Source: a virus. Taken from it: 64,000 nucleotides of DNA. Made by a program: the position numbers and the translations under genes. This document shows, one piece after another, positions 10,004 to 19,355 of this stretch (position 1 is the stretch's first letter; every line of letters begins with the position of its first letter). The stretch covers positions 1 through 64,000 of the IMG/VR virus record IMGVR_UViG_3300044691_000566. One strand, given 5' to 3'. A model generated the notes under the pieces. The model saw only the letters and a program-made list of their open reading frames with translations. It searched no databases and was not told the origin of the DNA.

Positions 10004-11038
10004 ATGTACATGCGCAACTTGCCCGGCACCACCCTGGAAGAGCTGGCCACCGAGTACGACCAGCGCCTGATGAGCTGGACCGGCGTCACCAGCGACATTC
10101 GCTGCACGCTGGACGTCCGGGGAGACGACATTCCCATGATCATGGTCGGCGGCATCGAGATCCCCGCCACCAAGAGCGGCCTGAACTCCCTGGCCACGTT
10201 CTTGCAGATCCCGCCGAAGTTCTTCTCCCGGATCGACCCCGACGAGCAGCAGATCCTCCTGCGGTCGCGGTCCAACCGCGTGAAGGAGCGGGACATCACC
10301 CTCTACTACATGGAGGGCGGTCTCCACGAGGTTCGCAAGGCGGGGGAGGTCCGTGTGCGTCCGCACCGGCTCGTGGAGGCCGCCATGGCGACCTTCCCCG
10401 GCAACTCGCCGATCGTCGACCACTGGCTGGACCAGGACGAACTGCGGGTGGACGTCATCTTCCCCGAGGGCTTCGAGCGCTACATCGGCGGTGACCCCGG
10501 CGTCGGCGACATCACCCGGGGCGGCGTCCGCATCGGCCAGGACCGCAAGCACAACCACGCCCCGTGGCTCCAGCCGTTCATCTGGCGCAAGGTATGTACC
10601 AACGGCATGGAGATCCCCGACCAGGGCATCAAGGTCACCGCTACCGGCCTGGAAGCCCGCGAGATCGAGGCCATGTTCGAGGCCGAGGTCGCCCGCGCGG
10701 TGGACCGGCTGGAGAACGATATCCACGCGTTCTACGACCTGCGCAACACCCCGCTCGGCAATGACCCGACGGGCGCCCTGCGCCGGGCCGCCACCGAGCA
10801 GAACCTGCCGCTGCGGACCATCGGCCGCCTGGAGGACCTCGTCCCGGCGCTGGCCGACGACACCGACGGCCGCGAGATCACCATGTTCGACGTCGTCAAC
10901 CTCATGACCAACCAGGCCAACGACCCAGACATGGGCGTCCGCAGCAGCAGCCGCCGCAATCTCCAGCGCGGTGGCGGCAACCTCGTCAACGACCACTCGG
11001 AGCGGTGCGGTACGTGCCACTCCCGTCTCGGAAGGTAG
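10004..11038 (+). CDS. DUF932-like protein
   Basis: RKVCTNGM motif, TMFDVVNLMT; GAGGAG RBS. Confidence 0.7.
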   Translation: MYMRNLPGTTLEELATEYDQRLMSWTGVTSDIRCTLDVRGDDIPMIMVGGIEIPATKSGLNSLATFLQIPPKFFSRIDPDEQQILLRSRSNRVKERDITLYYMEGGLHEVRKAGEVRVRPHRLVEAAMATFPGNSPIVDHWLDQDELRVDVIFPEGFERYIGGDPGVGDITRGGVRIGQDRKHNHAPWLQPFIWRKVCTNGMEIPDQGIKVTATGLEAREIEAMFEAEVARAVDRLENDIHAFYDLRNTPLGNDPTGALRRAATEQNLPLRTIGRLEDLVPALADDTDGREITMFDVVNLMTNQANDPDMGVRSSSRRNLQRGGGNLVNDHSERCGTCHSRLGR

Positions 11039-11041
11039 CTG

Positions 11042-11467
11042 TTGCCCAACAACTTCTACGACCGCTACGTCACCTGGGCCATGGAGGTCCCGGGGGGCGT
11101 AGTGGTTCCACGTCTGGATCGGTGGTCCCTGCCGGTGCAGTTCCCGGACCCCGACGGCTCGTTCTTCCCCCGCGACATCGTGCCGATGTACGCGGTCTTG
11201 AACACGAATGATCTCTGGCGGGTGCGCAGCGACGACGGCATATACCAGGTCCCGGCCGGATACTGGTGGATCTTCAACTATCCGGCCACGTGGTCGTACG
11301 TCTCCGACGCCTACTTCTACGGCAGCATCGCCGACACCTCGGGCGGAACCGTCTACCCCACGGCGGCCCAACGGCCTCCGCTGCCGGTGGATCCCCCTCC
11401 GTGGGTGGGAGACCCCAACCCCCCGGGCGCCGACGGCGACCCGGCCACACCTCAGGAGATCGTGTGA
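11042..11467 (+). CDS. hypothetical protein
   Basis: ORF filling operon gap, TTG start. Confidence 0.55.
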   Translation: MPNNFYDRYVTWAMEVPGGVVVPRLDRWSLPVQFPDPDGSFFPRDIVPMYAVLNTNDLWRVRSDDGIYQVPAGYWWIFNYPATWSYVSDAYFYGSIADTSGGTVYPTAAQRPPLPVDPPPWVGDPNPPGADGDPATPQEIV

Positions 11468-11898
11468 CCACCGAGACCGGCGGCGTCAGCAGCATGATCC
11501 AGCTCTACGACTCGGAGATCATCAAGATCGAGGAGGTCCTGGGGAAGATCACCCTCCCGCATGGCCAGCGCATCAGCTACGAGAAGTACACCGAGAAGAT
11601 CAAGGACCTTTTCTCCCGGATCGGCCTGATCGTCTCGGTGCCCTGGTACGAGGCCGGAGTGGAGCGCGCGGACGGCACCATGGAGAAGCTCGACGGCGTC
11701 CTGATCCCGGAGATAGTGGTCCAGGCCCGTACCGATGCCCGGCAGTTCTCTTTCGACCACGAGCAGATGGCCCACGAGGTCCAGAGCGACCTCCTGGGTC
11801 TCGGCACGGGCGGGAAGCTCAAGGTGACCGCCGAGGACGCCAGGAAGGCCCTCCAGAGCGTCCGGGACCACAAGCACGGGAAAGGGTGCGGGCATTGA
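11464..11898 (+). CDS. hypothetical protein
   Basis: GTGA coupling, codon bias. Confidence 0.65.
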   Translation: MTTETGGVSSMIQLYDSEIIKIEEVLGKITLPHGQRISYEKYTEKIKDLFSRIGLIVSVPWYEAGVERADGTMEKLDGVLIPEIVVQARTDARQFSFDHEQMAHEVQSDLLGLGTGGKLKVTAEDARKALQSVRDHKHGKGCGH

Positions 11899-11981
11899 CG
11901 ATCCGCTGTTCTGTGCACGGACTCCAGGAAGAGCTGTGCTGCATCATCATCAAGTTCGCGGAACCCGAGGAGACCCCCGTA

Positions 11982-12185
11982 ATGCCCGAAGAGAAGATCC
12001 GCGAACACGTGAAGTGCTCCGGTGACGGCTGCAAGTCGGTCTTCTGGCGTCCCCAAGAGGCCGAAGGGGACGCGGCGCAGCCGAGCAGCGCCCTGAGCAC
12101 CATCGACCTGGCCCAGCTCCACGGCTGGAAGGTCATCGACCGCGAGAAGGGCCTTGTGCACTGCGCCTGGGGCCACGAGAGCTGA
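11982..12185 (+). CDS. small Cys-containing protein
   Basis: GAGGAG RBS, CxxxxC...C..H. Confidence 0.55.
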   Translation: MPEEKIREHVKCSGDGCKSVFWRPQEAEGDAAQPSSALSTIDLAQLHGWKVIDREKGLVHCAWGHES

Positions 12186-12188
12186 CTC

Positions 12189-14255
12189 ATGGCTGCCGCC
12201 ACTCCCATACGGTCCAAGCCGCGCACTTCCACGCTCCCGGTCGGTTTCGGCCCGGGGCAGATCTTCCAGCTCTTCACCGGCCTGCCGATTCCGGATCCGA
12301 TCACGTTCGTGCTCAGTCCGGATTACCTGGACCGTGGAACGATCATGTATCCGCGTCAGGCCACCCTGCTGAAGATCATTTTTCTGCGGTTGGACCTGCT
12401 CACCGACTATGACCACAAGGTCATCGACGAGTGGGAGGAGAGCTTCCGGGAGAGCGGCAACAATGGCATCGTGCCCGGCGTCCGCCGAAGGATGGCCAAG
12501 CTCCGCCAGAAGGGGCACAGGTGGTTCCGCGAAACCTTGCTCGTCATGGGGCGCCGGGCCGGGAAGGGCCACATATCCGGCCTGTCCATGAGCTACGTGC
12601 TCTGGAACTACATGGCCAAAGGGGATCCGCAGCGGTTCTACGGGGTGGACCGGGACAAGAAGCTCCAGGCGATGGTGTTCGCCGGGAAACGCGACCAAGC
12701 CAAGGCCACCGTGTGGCAGGACATGGTCAACTACATCACCGGTTCCGCCTGCTTCACCCCGTACATACGGGCGCCTCTCCAGGCCGAGAAGCTCAGCGTC
12801 TACGCCCCGCACGATTTCGTCCGAATGCGCCGCCGGGCCCAGCAGGGGATGAACCCCGATGACGTGAACATGGCCACCTTCGAGATCGTCCCGAAGGAAT
12901 CCACGCTGATGGCCGGACGAGGGCCGACCAGCTTCATGCAGGCGTACGACGAGATGGCCCACGTCGTGGCCTCCGGCGCCAACCGGGCCGCCGAGGAGGT
13001 CTACGGGGCCGCCAAGCCCTCCCTGGACCAGTTCGGTGCCGACGCCTTCATTATCGAGCCGTCCAGCCCCTGGCAGATGCTCGGCCAGTTCTACGTCAAC
13101 TACTGCAACGCGCTGCTCGTGGACGACGAGGGCGAGCCCGTCTACCTGGACATGCTGATGGTCCAGCTCGCGAGCTGGGACATTTACCAGGACTGGGAGA
13201 TAGCCCACGAGATAGCCGTCTTCCCCGAGGGATTCACCGGGGACCTGGGGGAGTACGAAGGCCAGCCGCCGCTGTACTTCAACCCCCTGAGGGGCGCCAT
13301 CCAGGCGTACGACGACCAGATGGCCCGCGAGGAGCAGGCCAACCCCGACACCTTCAAAGTGGAGCGCCGCAGCCACTTCGCGGTGGCCCTGGACGCCTAC
13401 CTGAACGAGGCCAAGGTCAAGGAGATCTTCGCCCCCTGGACCGGGCGCCACGAGCACTACGGGGCTCCCCAGCTCGGTATGCAGAGCCGGGGACGGCTGG
13501 ACCTCGACTACAAGGCCCACGGCGACCCGTCCAAGTCGAATGCCAACTTCGGCCTGGCCATGGCTCATGCCGAGCCGGGCCCGGACAACCGGCTGCACGT
13601 GGTGTTCGACAAGATCCACCATTTCAACCCCGGGGATTTCACCGACCACATCATCGACTACGACGAGGTCGAGGAGTGGATCTGGGGCAACATGCTCAGC
13701 CCCTTCATGCCGACGGAGATGACGTTCGACCAGTTCAACAGCGCCCAGGTGATCCAGCGGCTGGGCCGCCGGTCCCGGACCGCATCGCTGCCCAAGGTCA
13801 CCCAGGTCTATGAGAAGACCGCGACCAAGCAGCACAACTGGAAGCGCGCGGAGATCTTCAAGACCGCCGTGAACATGGGCTGGGTCCACGCTCCGTACTA
13901 CGAGCAGGCCGAACTGGAGCTGCGGTTCCTCCAGGAGAAGAACGGCGTGGTCGACCACCCGGACGCCGGGCCGGTCCAGACCAAGGACGTCGCCGACGCG
14001 ATGATGGAGTGCGTGATGGCCCTCATCGGCGACCAGATCGTCTCCATGCGCTCCGAACTGGGCTCGATGCGCCCCCGGGGCGGCATGCAGGGCGGCATCG
14101 AGCCGTTTCCGGGCATGTCCCGCAACGACGACATGAGCAACGCGCCCAAGACCCAGGAGCAGGTCTTCCAGCAGCTCGGGGGCTTCGGCAAATCTCGTGG
14201 TATGCGGGAGGACATGATGCGCAAGGGCCCCAGGACTCGCCGACCGCGTTACTGA
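12189..14255 (+). CDS. terL: terminase large subunit
   Basis: YPRQ adenine-binding motif, Walker A GRRAGKG, Walker B AYDEMAH, nuclease motifs HGDPS/TFDQFNS/KDVADA. Confidence 0.9.
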   Translation: MAAATPIRSKPRTSTLPVGFGPGQIFQLFTGLPIPDPITFVLSPDYLDRGTIMYPRQATLLKIIFLRLDLLTDYDHKVIDEWEESFRESGNNGIVPGVRRRMAKLRQKGHRWFRETLLVMGRRAGKGHISGLSMSYVLWNYMAKGDPQRFYGVDRDKKLQAMVFAGKRDQAKATVWQDMVNYITGSACFTPYIRAPLQAEKLSVYAPHDFVRMRRRAQQGMNPDDVNMATFEIVPKESTLMAGRGPTSFMQAYDEMAHVVASGANRAAEEVYGAAKPSLDQFGADAFIIEPSSPWQMLGQFYVNYCNALLVDDEGEPVYLDMLMVQLASWDIYQDWEIAHEIAVFPEGFTGDLGEYEGQPPLYFNPLRGAIQAYDDQMAREEQANPDTFKVERRSHFAVALDAYLNEAKVKEIFAPWTGRHEHYGAPQLGMQSRGRLDLDYKAHGDPSKSNANFGLAMAHAEPGPDNRLHVVFDKIHHFNPGDFTDHIIDYDEVEEWIWGNMLSPFMPTEMTFDQFNSAQVIQRLGRRSRTASLPKVTQVYEKTATKQHNWKRAEIFKTAVNMGWVHAPYYEQAELELRFLQEKNGVVDHPDAGPVQTKDVADAMMECVMALIGDQIVSMRSELGSMRPRGGMQGGIEPFPGMSRNDDMSNAPKTQEQVFQQLGGFGKSRGMREDMMRKGPRTRRPRY

Positions 14256-14383
14256 TGGGACAACCTTGCGCTGACCTCGGGGTTTGTGCTTCTATAGTGA
14301 TGAGACCAACGGTTATTTCGGGTCCTCCGGGAACCTCGGAAACGATCTCTGGCGGGATCGGCTAGGAGACTAGCCCCTTGGTC

Positions 14384-14411
14384 GAAGGCCCCCACTTCGG
14401 TGGGGGCCTTC
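14384..14411 (+). terminator. GC-rich hairpin with TTCG loop
   Basis: GAAGGCCCCCAC-TTCG-GTGGGGGCCTTC. Confidence 0.7.
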
Positions 14412-14456
14412 TGCTGTCCCCGGTGCACTCCAGACCCCGAAGGGGTGGAGGTGCGC

Positions 14457-17400
14457 GTGAAGCTCACGGAGCTGTTCGGGAAGATCGGCAACAAGACCTG
14501 CCCGTGCTGCGGCGGCGCCGGGGAGCACAAGACCGGCTTCGAGTGCTACCTGTGCGACTCCGGCGGCGACGTCCCCCGGCGCACCCCCGACGACGAGAAG
14601 TGCGACGGCTCGTACCAGGACGGCGGTCCGAGCCACCTCAACGACGACGGCAGGGCGTGGCTGAAGGGCTACCGCAAGGGCAAGACCATCACCCGGGGGC
14701 GCACGATGGCTGCTCTTGACTCCCGATGGAATCCTCCTCGCGAGGAGGGGGCTCACCGGGACGTCCACCCGCAGGTCCAGAGCATCGGGCCCGTGTATCA
14801 CGCGACTCGCGCCGAGCATTGGCCGCCGTCGGCCAAAGAGGCTCCCCACCTCCACTTCGGCACGCTCCAGGCGGCTCATGAGCGCATCGCTTCTGGAGAG
14901 CACTCCTACGGCGCGACCCCTCAGCACGAGGGGCGCTGGCGCCTGTTCGAGGCCCACCTCCAGGGTCCGGTACACCCGCACCACATCTATGACGATGAGG
15001 CCCAGGAGGTGCCGTACACCGCCGGATACGACACCTCCCGGATCTACCCGTACGAGAACGAGACCGAGGACGTCGGAAGCACTTCGTTCCTCGCGCCCCA
15101 CCACGCGGTGAAGCGGTGGAAGGAAATTCCCGTCGGCGACAGGACGGCAGCGGCCGACGATGCCGGGCTGATCCACCGTGGCGTCAGCGTTGTACTACCG
15201 GAGCACATTCACGCCTTCGTCCACGACGAGGCCCAGCCTGCTCCGGCGCGGGCCCACATGCTGCTGTCCGAGGTCCGCAAGCAACACCCGGAGATCACCT
15301 CGGAGGAGGCCCACGGGACCACGGGCGGCCTCGGGAACTTCTGGTCCCCCTCCAAGAACAAGGCCGCCGAGTACGGCGACCAGGGCGGCTGGACGGCGTA
15401 CCGCGACCACGAGCGCGAGCACCACTGCGGCGGGTACGACTCGAACATGGGCGGCTGCCCGACAACGAAGGTCGTCATGCATGCCGGGACCCCGCCGGAG
15501 AAGCACCACTGGAACGAGGTCTTCCGCTCCGGGGAGAAGTACGACCCGGAGATCTCCTGGCGCCTCCCTGTGCGCCCCGGAGCGCCCCTCATGGTGCACG
15601 GGATCTCTTGGAAGCCGGGGGAGGACAACAAGCACTACGAGGACCGCGCCGAGGAGAAGACGCCCTTCGAGCGGTACGACTTCCTGCGGCCGGTGAAGAA
15701 GCGGGCCGGAGCGAACGGCGACCTGCCGAACGACCTCCGAATGGAGTTCACGCCACACCACACGGATGAGAAATGGCTTCCCCGGCCGGACACCGGGGAG
15801 CGAGACACCTTCCATCGCGTGCAGGCATTCGCTGGCGACGATCCCGCACGCGTGGGCGAGATGTCCTGGTACCCCAAGACCGGCGAGGTGGCCCACGTAT
15901 GGGTCCGTAATGACCACCGCCGTCGGGGCATCGGGTCGGCGATGTGGAACTACGGCGTCCAGGCGGCTACCGAGCAGGGGCATAAGCTTCCCGAGCACTC
16001 TCCGAACCAGTCGGACGCCGGGAGTGCGTGGGCGCAGCGCAACGCCCGCGTGGCGATGCCGTCCAAGAAGTACCCACGCCCGGAGGGCATCCACACCGAG
16101 ATCCAGCCCATGGAGCACGGCTCCCAGGACTGGCACCAGATGGAGCGGAAGAACCCCGGCTGGGACCACCAGGTCCTGCACGGCTACCACGACGACGAGC
16201 ACGCTGGGTCGATCACCTTCTCCACCCACCCGCGCAACCCCGCACTGTCCGTGGGGATGATGGACGTGGATCCCGACCACTCCGGCAAGGGCATCGCCTC
16301 GGCCATGCAGGACGACCTGGCCGACGCCCACCCGAGCCATTTCATCGATCACGGCTCGCGCACCCGGCAGGGCAAGGACTGGTGGGACTCGTACGAGGAC
16401 CCGGCACCCCACCGGAACATTCACAACCTGCCCCAGGAGCAATGGGGCAAGGCGTTCGACGTTCCCGAGGAGAAGCCCGCGCCCAAGGGTGAGGCGTGGG
16501 GCCACCACATCATGAGGCTGTCGCCGGAGGACCACGCCTACGTGACCGGGCGGGGAATGTGGGACGGCCACGAGTCCGCCAAGCGGGTCCTCAAGACCAT
16601 CGGCGACTCCCCGGTCACCTGGCACACCGACGTGGACTCCCCGGAGTACTCCGGGCACGCCAGGATCGCGGCCGAGGAGGCGGCGGACGCCATCCACCCG
16701 GAGGGGCGCCACGAGGCCGGGCAGACCCCGCTGATGCGGGTACTGCTGCACACCAAGAACGGCAAGACGGTCGACCAGGTCTCCGTCCGGCCGCACGTGG
16801 ACTACTCGGATCTGCCCTCGGGCTACGACAACCATGGCCGGGACTTCCGTCTCTCCCGGCCGGTCAAACACCCGTCCCTGTCCCGGACGGCCAGCGCATC
16901 GGGGGAGTACACCTTCTCGCACGTCCCGGCTACAGAGGGAGACCCGCATTCCTTCGAGGCCCATGACCAGGCGGGCAAGAACGTCGGCTATGCCACGGCG
17001 GAGGAGCACCCGGACCACGTCTTCATGGATGAGGTCTACGTGCACCCCGACGCTCGGGGGAAGGGTCTCGGCCGGTCCCTGACCCAGAACGTTCTGGACC
17101 ACTTCCAGGGCCGCGAGGTGCGACTGAAGCCCGACGCGTACCAGGCCGAGCAGGACAAGGAACCGGGCCCCGACTCTGCCCGGCTGCGGCAGTTCTACCA
17201 CTCGATGGGCTTCCGGCCCGACCCCTCCGGCCGGATGGTCCGGACGGCCAGCAGCGACGACGACTACCGGATGGAGCACCGGCCACCGGATGCCGAGGGC
17301 GGCATACCGCTGCATGACCTCACGAAGAACCTGCCCTCCGACATCTACCAGACGCTGCACCATTACGATCCGACCATCGGGGACCCTGCTGACAACAGCT

Positions 17401-19277
17401 TCTCCGAGGCGCGGAGCGCGATCTACAAGGCCCGGGGAAATCCGGAGGCCAAGATCCGCATCTACCGTGCCCTGCCCGCCGAGCATGCGCACCAGGGGTT
17501 CCGGCCGGGCGACTGGGTGTCCACCAGTAAGGAGTACGCCCGAGGGCACGCGAGGCACCACGCGGACCCGAAGCACGACTGGCCGGTGATCCGGACCACG
17601 GTCCGGGCCGGAGACCTGCACACCAGCGGCGACGACTTGCGGGAGTACGGCTACAACGGCGACAAGCCCAAGATGGGCATGATCTCCTTCAAGGGCGGCT
17701 ACCACCAAGAGGTCCGGGATGCTGCCGACGGAACTATCGTGCCCGTGAAGCGGCGCCCCAAGACGGCCACCATCGCCGACGGCGGCCCGGTGCCCGAGGG
17801 CATCCAGGGCTCGGACCACGAGGGCCACGAGGTCGTGATGACCCCGCAGGACGGCTGGGCCCACGTGGACGGCTCCCACGGGCACGAGGACGGCTCCGAT
17901 ATCGGGGACCACGCGGTCTACACCATGCACCACACCTGGCTGCCGGAGGGGAAGTACTGGGGTCCCAACAGTGCCCAGAACGACCAGCGGCTGTTCGAGG
18001 GGGACCATCTGCGGCCGGAGATCCGCAAGGACGTCCTTAATCGGGTTAACACCTACATGCGGCCCCGGTACAAGGAGTGGCCGTCCTGGACGAAGGTGTA
18101 CTTCGCCGGGTCCCAGGCAGCGCAGTGGCTGGACCAGAACGGTCAGGGCAACGGGGACTTCGACATCTTGATCGGCATCGACTTCGAGCGGTTCCGGAAG
18201 GACAACCCGGAGTACGACGCCGAGGCGGACGATGCTATCGCCAAGCTGCTCACCGACGGCATGCACAAGACGATCAACGAGGACGGCGCCTGGTTCCAGT
18301 TGCAGGACGGCCGGGAGGTCGGACCCTTCGACCGGACCTACTTCGTCAATCCGCTGGCATATGACATACGCAAGATCCATCCGTATGCGGCGTACAACAT
18401 CACCGACGACACCTGGGCCGTGCACCCCCTCCAGGTCCCGGAGGACTGGGACGCCACGCATCTGCCGGAGTCCTACTGGGGCTACGCTGAGTCGCTCCTG
18501 AACGAAGTCAAGGCCATCGGCCAGCTCCCGCCGGAGGAGCGCCACCGCATGGCCGCCAACCTCTGGGAGGAGCTGCACACCCACCGCTCGGATGCGTTCG
18601 GCGACAAGGGCCACGGTCTGTTCGACCTGTCCAACATCGTCGAAAAGTACATGGATCAGCACCCCGACAAGCCCTGGGCGAAGTTGTACCAGTGGAAGAA
18701 CGAGTCCCCGTCGGGACCGCGACCCTGGGTCCCGACGACCGCCAGGAGGACCACGTTGACGACCTTGTTCGACTCCAGGACGGCTGCGGCCGGGGCAGAC
18801 TATGGCGGCATGATGATCGCCATAGTGCCGCCCAAGGGCATATGCAAGGACCTCGCCGTGGAAGACGGCGAGCCGGTGGACGCCATGCACGTGACGCTGG
18901 CATACATGGGCAGCTCCAGCGAGTACACCAAGGCGCAGCGCGAGGGCCTGCACGCCCTGGTGGAGGGCTGGGCCCGTACCCAGAAGCCCCTGACGGCCAA
19001 CGTGGGCGGTGTGGGGACCTTCGTGAACCCCGACCAGCACGTGCTGTGGGCCGCAGTGGACATTCCCGGGGGAGGGGCCTTCCGGGAGTCCCTGGTGGAG
19101 ACCCTGGAGCGCCACGGGTACAACGTGCGGAACGACCACGGGTGGACTCCTCACCTGACTCTTTCGTATGGAGAGAGCCACTTCCGCTTCATGCCCAAGG
19201 TGAAGCCCGCAAGCTGGGAGGTCGAGCAGATCCACGTCTGTGTCGGGGGGTCGTGGGAGGCCGTCGCACTCGGCTGA
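14457..19277 (+). CDS. polyvalent multi-enzyme protein: Zn finger, ART-like x3-4, GNAT x3, Pol-beta NTase, 2H phosphoesterase (Acb1-like)
   Basis: GGAGG RBS before GTG 14457; YHATR/HFGT, IHRG/NFWS, IYRA/GDWVST; RRRGIG, SGKGIA, RGKGLG..FYHSMGF; FAGS..GDFDILI; HVTL and HLTL. Confidence 0.85.
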   Translation: MKLTELFGKIGNKTCPCCGGAGEHKTGFECYLCDSGGDVPRRTPDDEKCDGSYQDGGPSHLNDDGRAWLKGYRKGKTITRGRTMAALDSRWNPPREEGAHRDVHPQVQSIGPVYHATRAEHWPPSAKEAPHLHFGTLQAAHERIASGEHSYGATPQHEGRWRLFEAHLQGPVHPHHIYDDEAQEVPYTAGYDTSRIYPYENETEDVGSTSFLAPHHAVKRWKEIPVGDRTAAADDAGLIHRGVSVVLPEHIHAFVHDEAQPAPARAHMLLSEVRKQHPEITSEEAHGTTGGLGNFWSPSKNKAAEYGDQGGWTAYRDHEREHHCGGYDSNMGGCPTTKVVMHAGTPPEKHHWNEVFRSGEKYDPEISWRLPVRPGAPLMVHGISWKPGEDNKHYEDRAEEKTPFERYDFLRPVKKRAGANGDLPNDLRMEFTPHHTDEKWLPRPDTGERDTFHRVQAFAGDDPARVGEMSWYPKTGEVAHVWVRNDHRRRGIGSAMWNYGVQAATEQGHKLPEHSPNQSDAGSAWAQRNARVAMPSKKYPRPEGIHTEIQPMEHGSQDWHQMERKNPGWDHQVLHGYHDDEHAGSITFSTHPRNPALSVGMMDVDPDHSGKGIASAMQDDLADAHPSHFIDHGSRTRQGKDWWDSYEDPAPHRNIHNLPQEQWGKAFDVPEEKPAPKGEAWGHHIMRLSPEDHAYVTGRGMWDGHESAKRVLKTIGDSPVTWHTDVDSPEYSGHARIAAEEAADAIHPEGRHEAGQTPLMRVLLHTKNGKTVDQVSVRPHVDYSDLPSGYDNHGRDFRLSRPVKHPSLSRTASASGEYTFSHVPATEGDPHSFEAHDQAGKNVGYATAEEHPDHVFMDEVYVHPDARGKGLGRSLTQNVLDHFQGREVRLKPDAYQAEQDKEPGPDSARLRQFYHSMGFRPDPSGRMVRTASSDDDYRMEHRPPDAEGGIPLHDLTKNLPSDIYQTLHHYDPTIGDPADNSFSEARSAIYKARGNPEAKIRIYRALPAEHAHQGFRPGDWVSTSKEYARGHARHHADPKHDWPVIRTTVRAGDLHTSGDDLREYGYNGDKPKMGMISFKGGYHQEVRDAADGTIVPVKRRPKTATIADGGPVPEGIQGSDHEGHEVVMTPQDGWAHVDGSHGHEDGSDIGDHAVYTMHHTWLPEGKYWGPNSAQNDQRLFEGDHLRPEIRKDVLNRVNTYMRPRYKEWPSWTKVYFAGSQAAQWLDQNGQGNGDFDILIGIDFERFRKDNPEYDAEADDAIAKLLTDGMHKTINEDGAWFQLQDGREVGPFDRTYFVNPLAYDIRKIHPYAAYNITDDTWAVHPLQVPEDWDATHLPESYWGYAESLLNEVKAIGQLPPEERHRMAANLWEELHTHRSDAFGDKGHGLFDLSNIVEKYMDQHPDKPWAKLYQWKNESPSGPRPWVPTTARRTTLTTLFDSRTAAAGADYGGMMIAIVPPKGICKDLAVEDGEPVDAMHVTLAYMGSSSEYTKAQREGLHALVEGWARTQKPLTANVGGVGTFVNPDQHVLWAAVDIPGGGAFRESLVETLERHGYNVRNDHGWTPHLTLSYGESHFRFMPKVKPASWEVEQIHVCVGGSWEAVALG

Positions 19278-19355
19278 ACGGGTGGGGTTGACTCCAGGAA
19301 TCCTTGGTAGTAGTTTCTCTCTTGCCAGAGAGAAACTGACCCAAGGAGTTCGCCG

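Noticed and set aside
36-14255. Inteins or introns in dnaE, recA or terL
   Set aside because: No C/S...HN splice motifs or LAGLIDADG/HNH inserts seen; lengths are explained without them
14400-14456. ORF-track start of the 1625-aa protein at 14400
   Set aside because: It lies within the terminator hairpin; the GGAGG RBS supports GTG 14457
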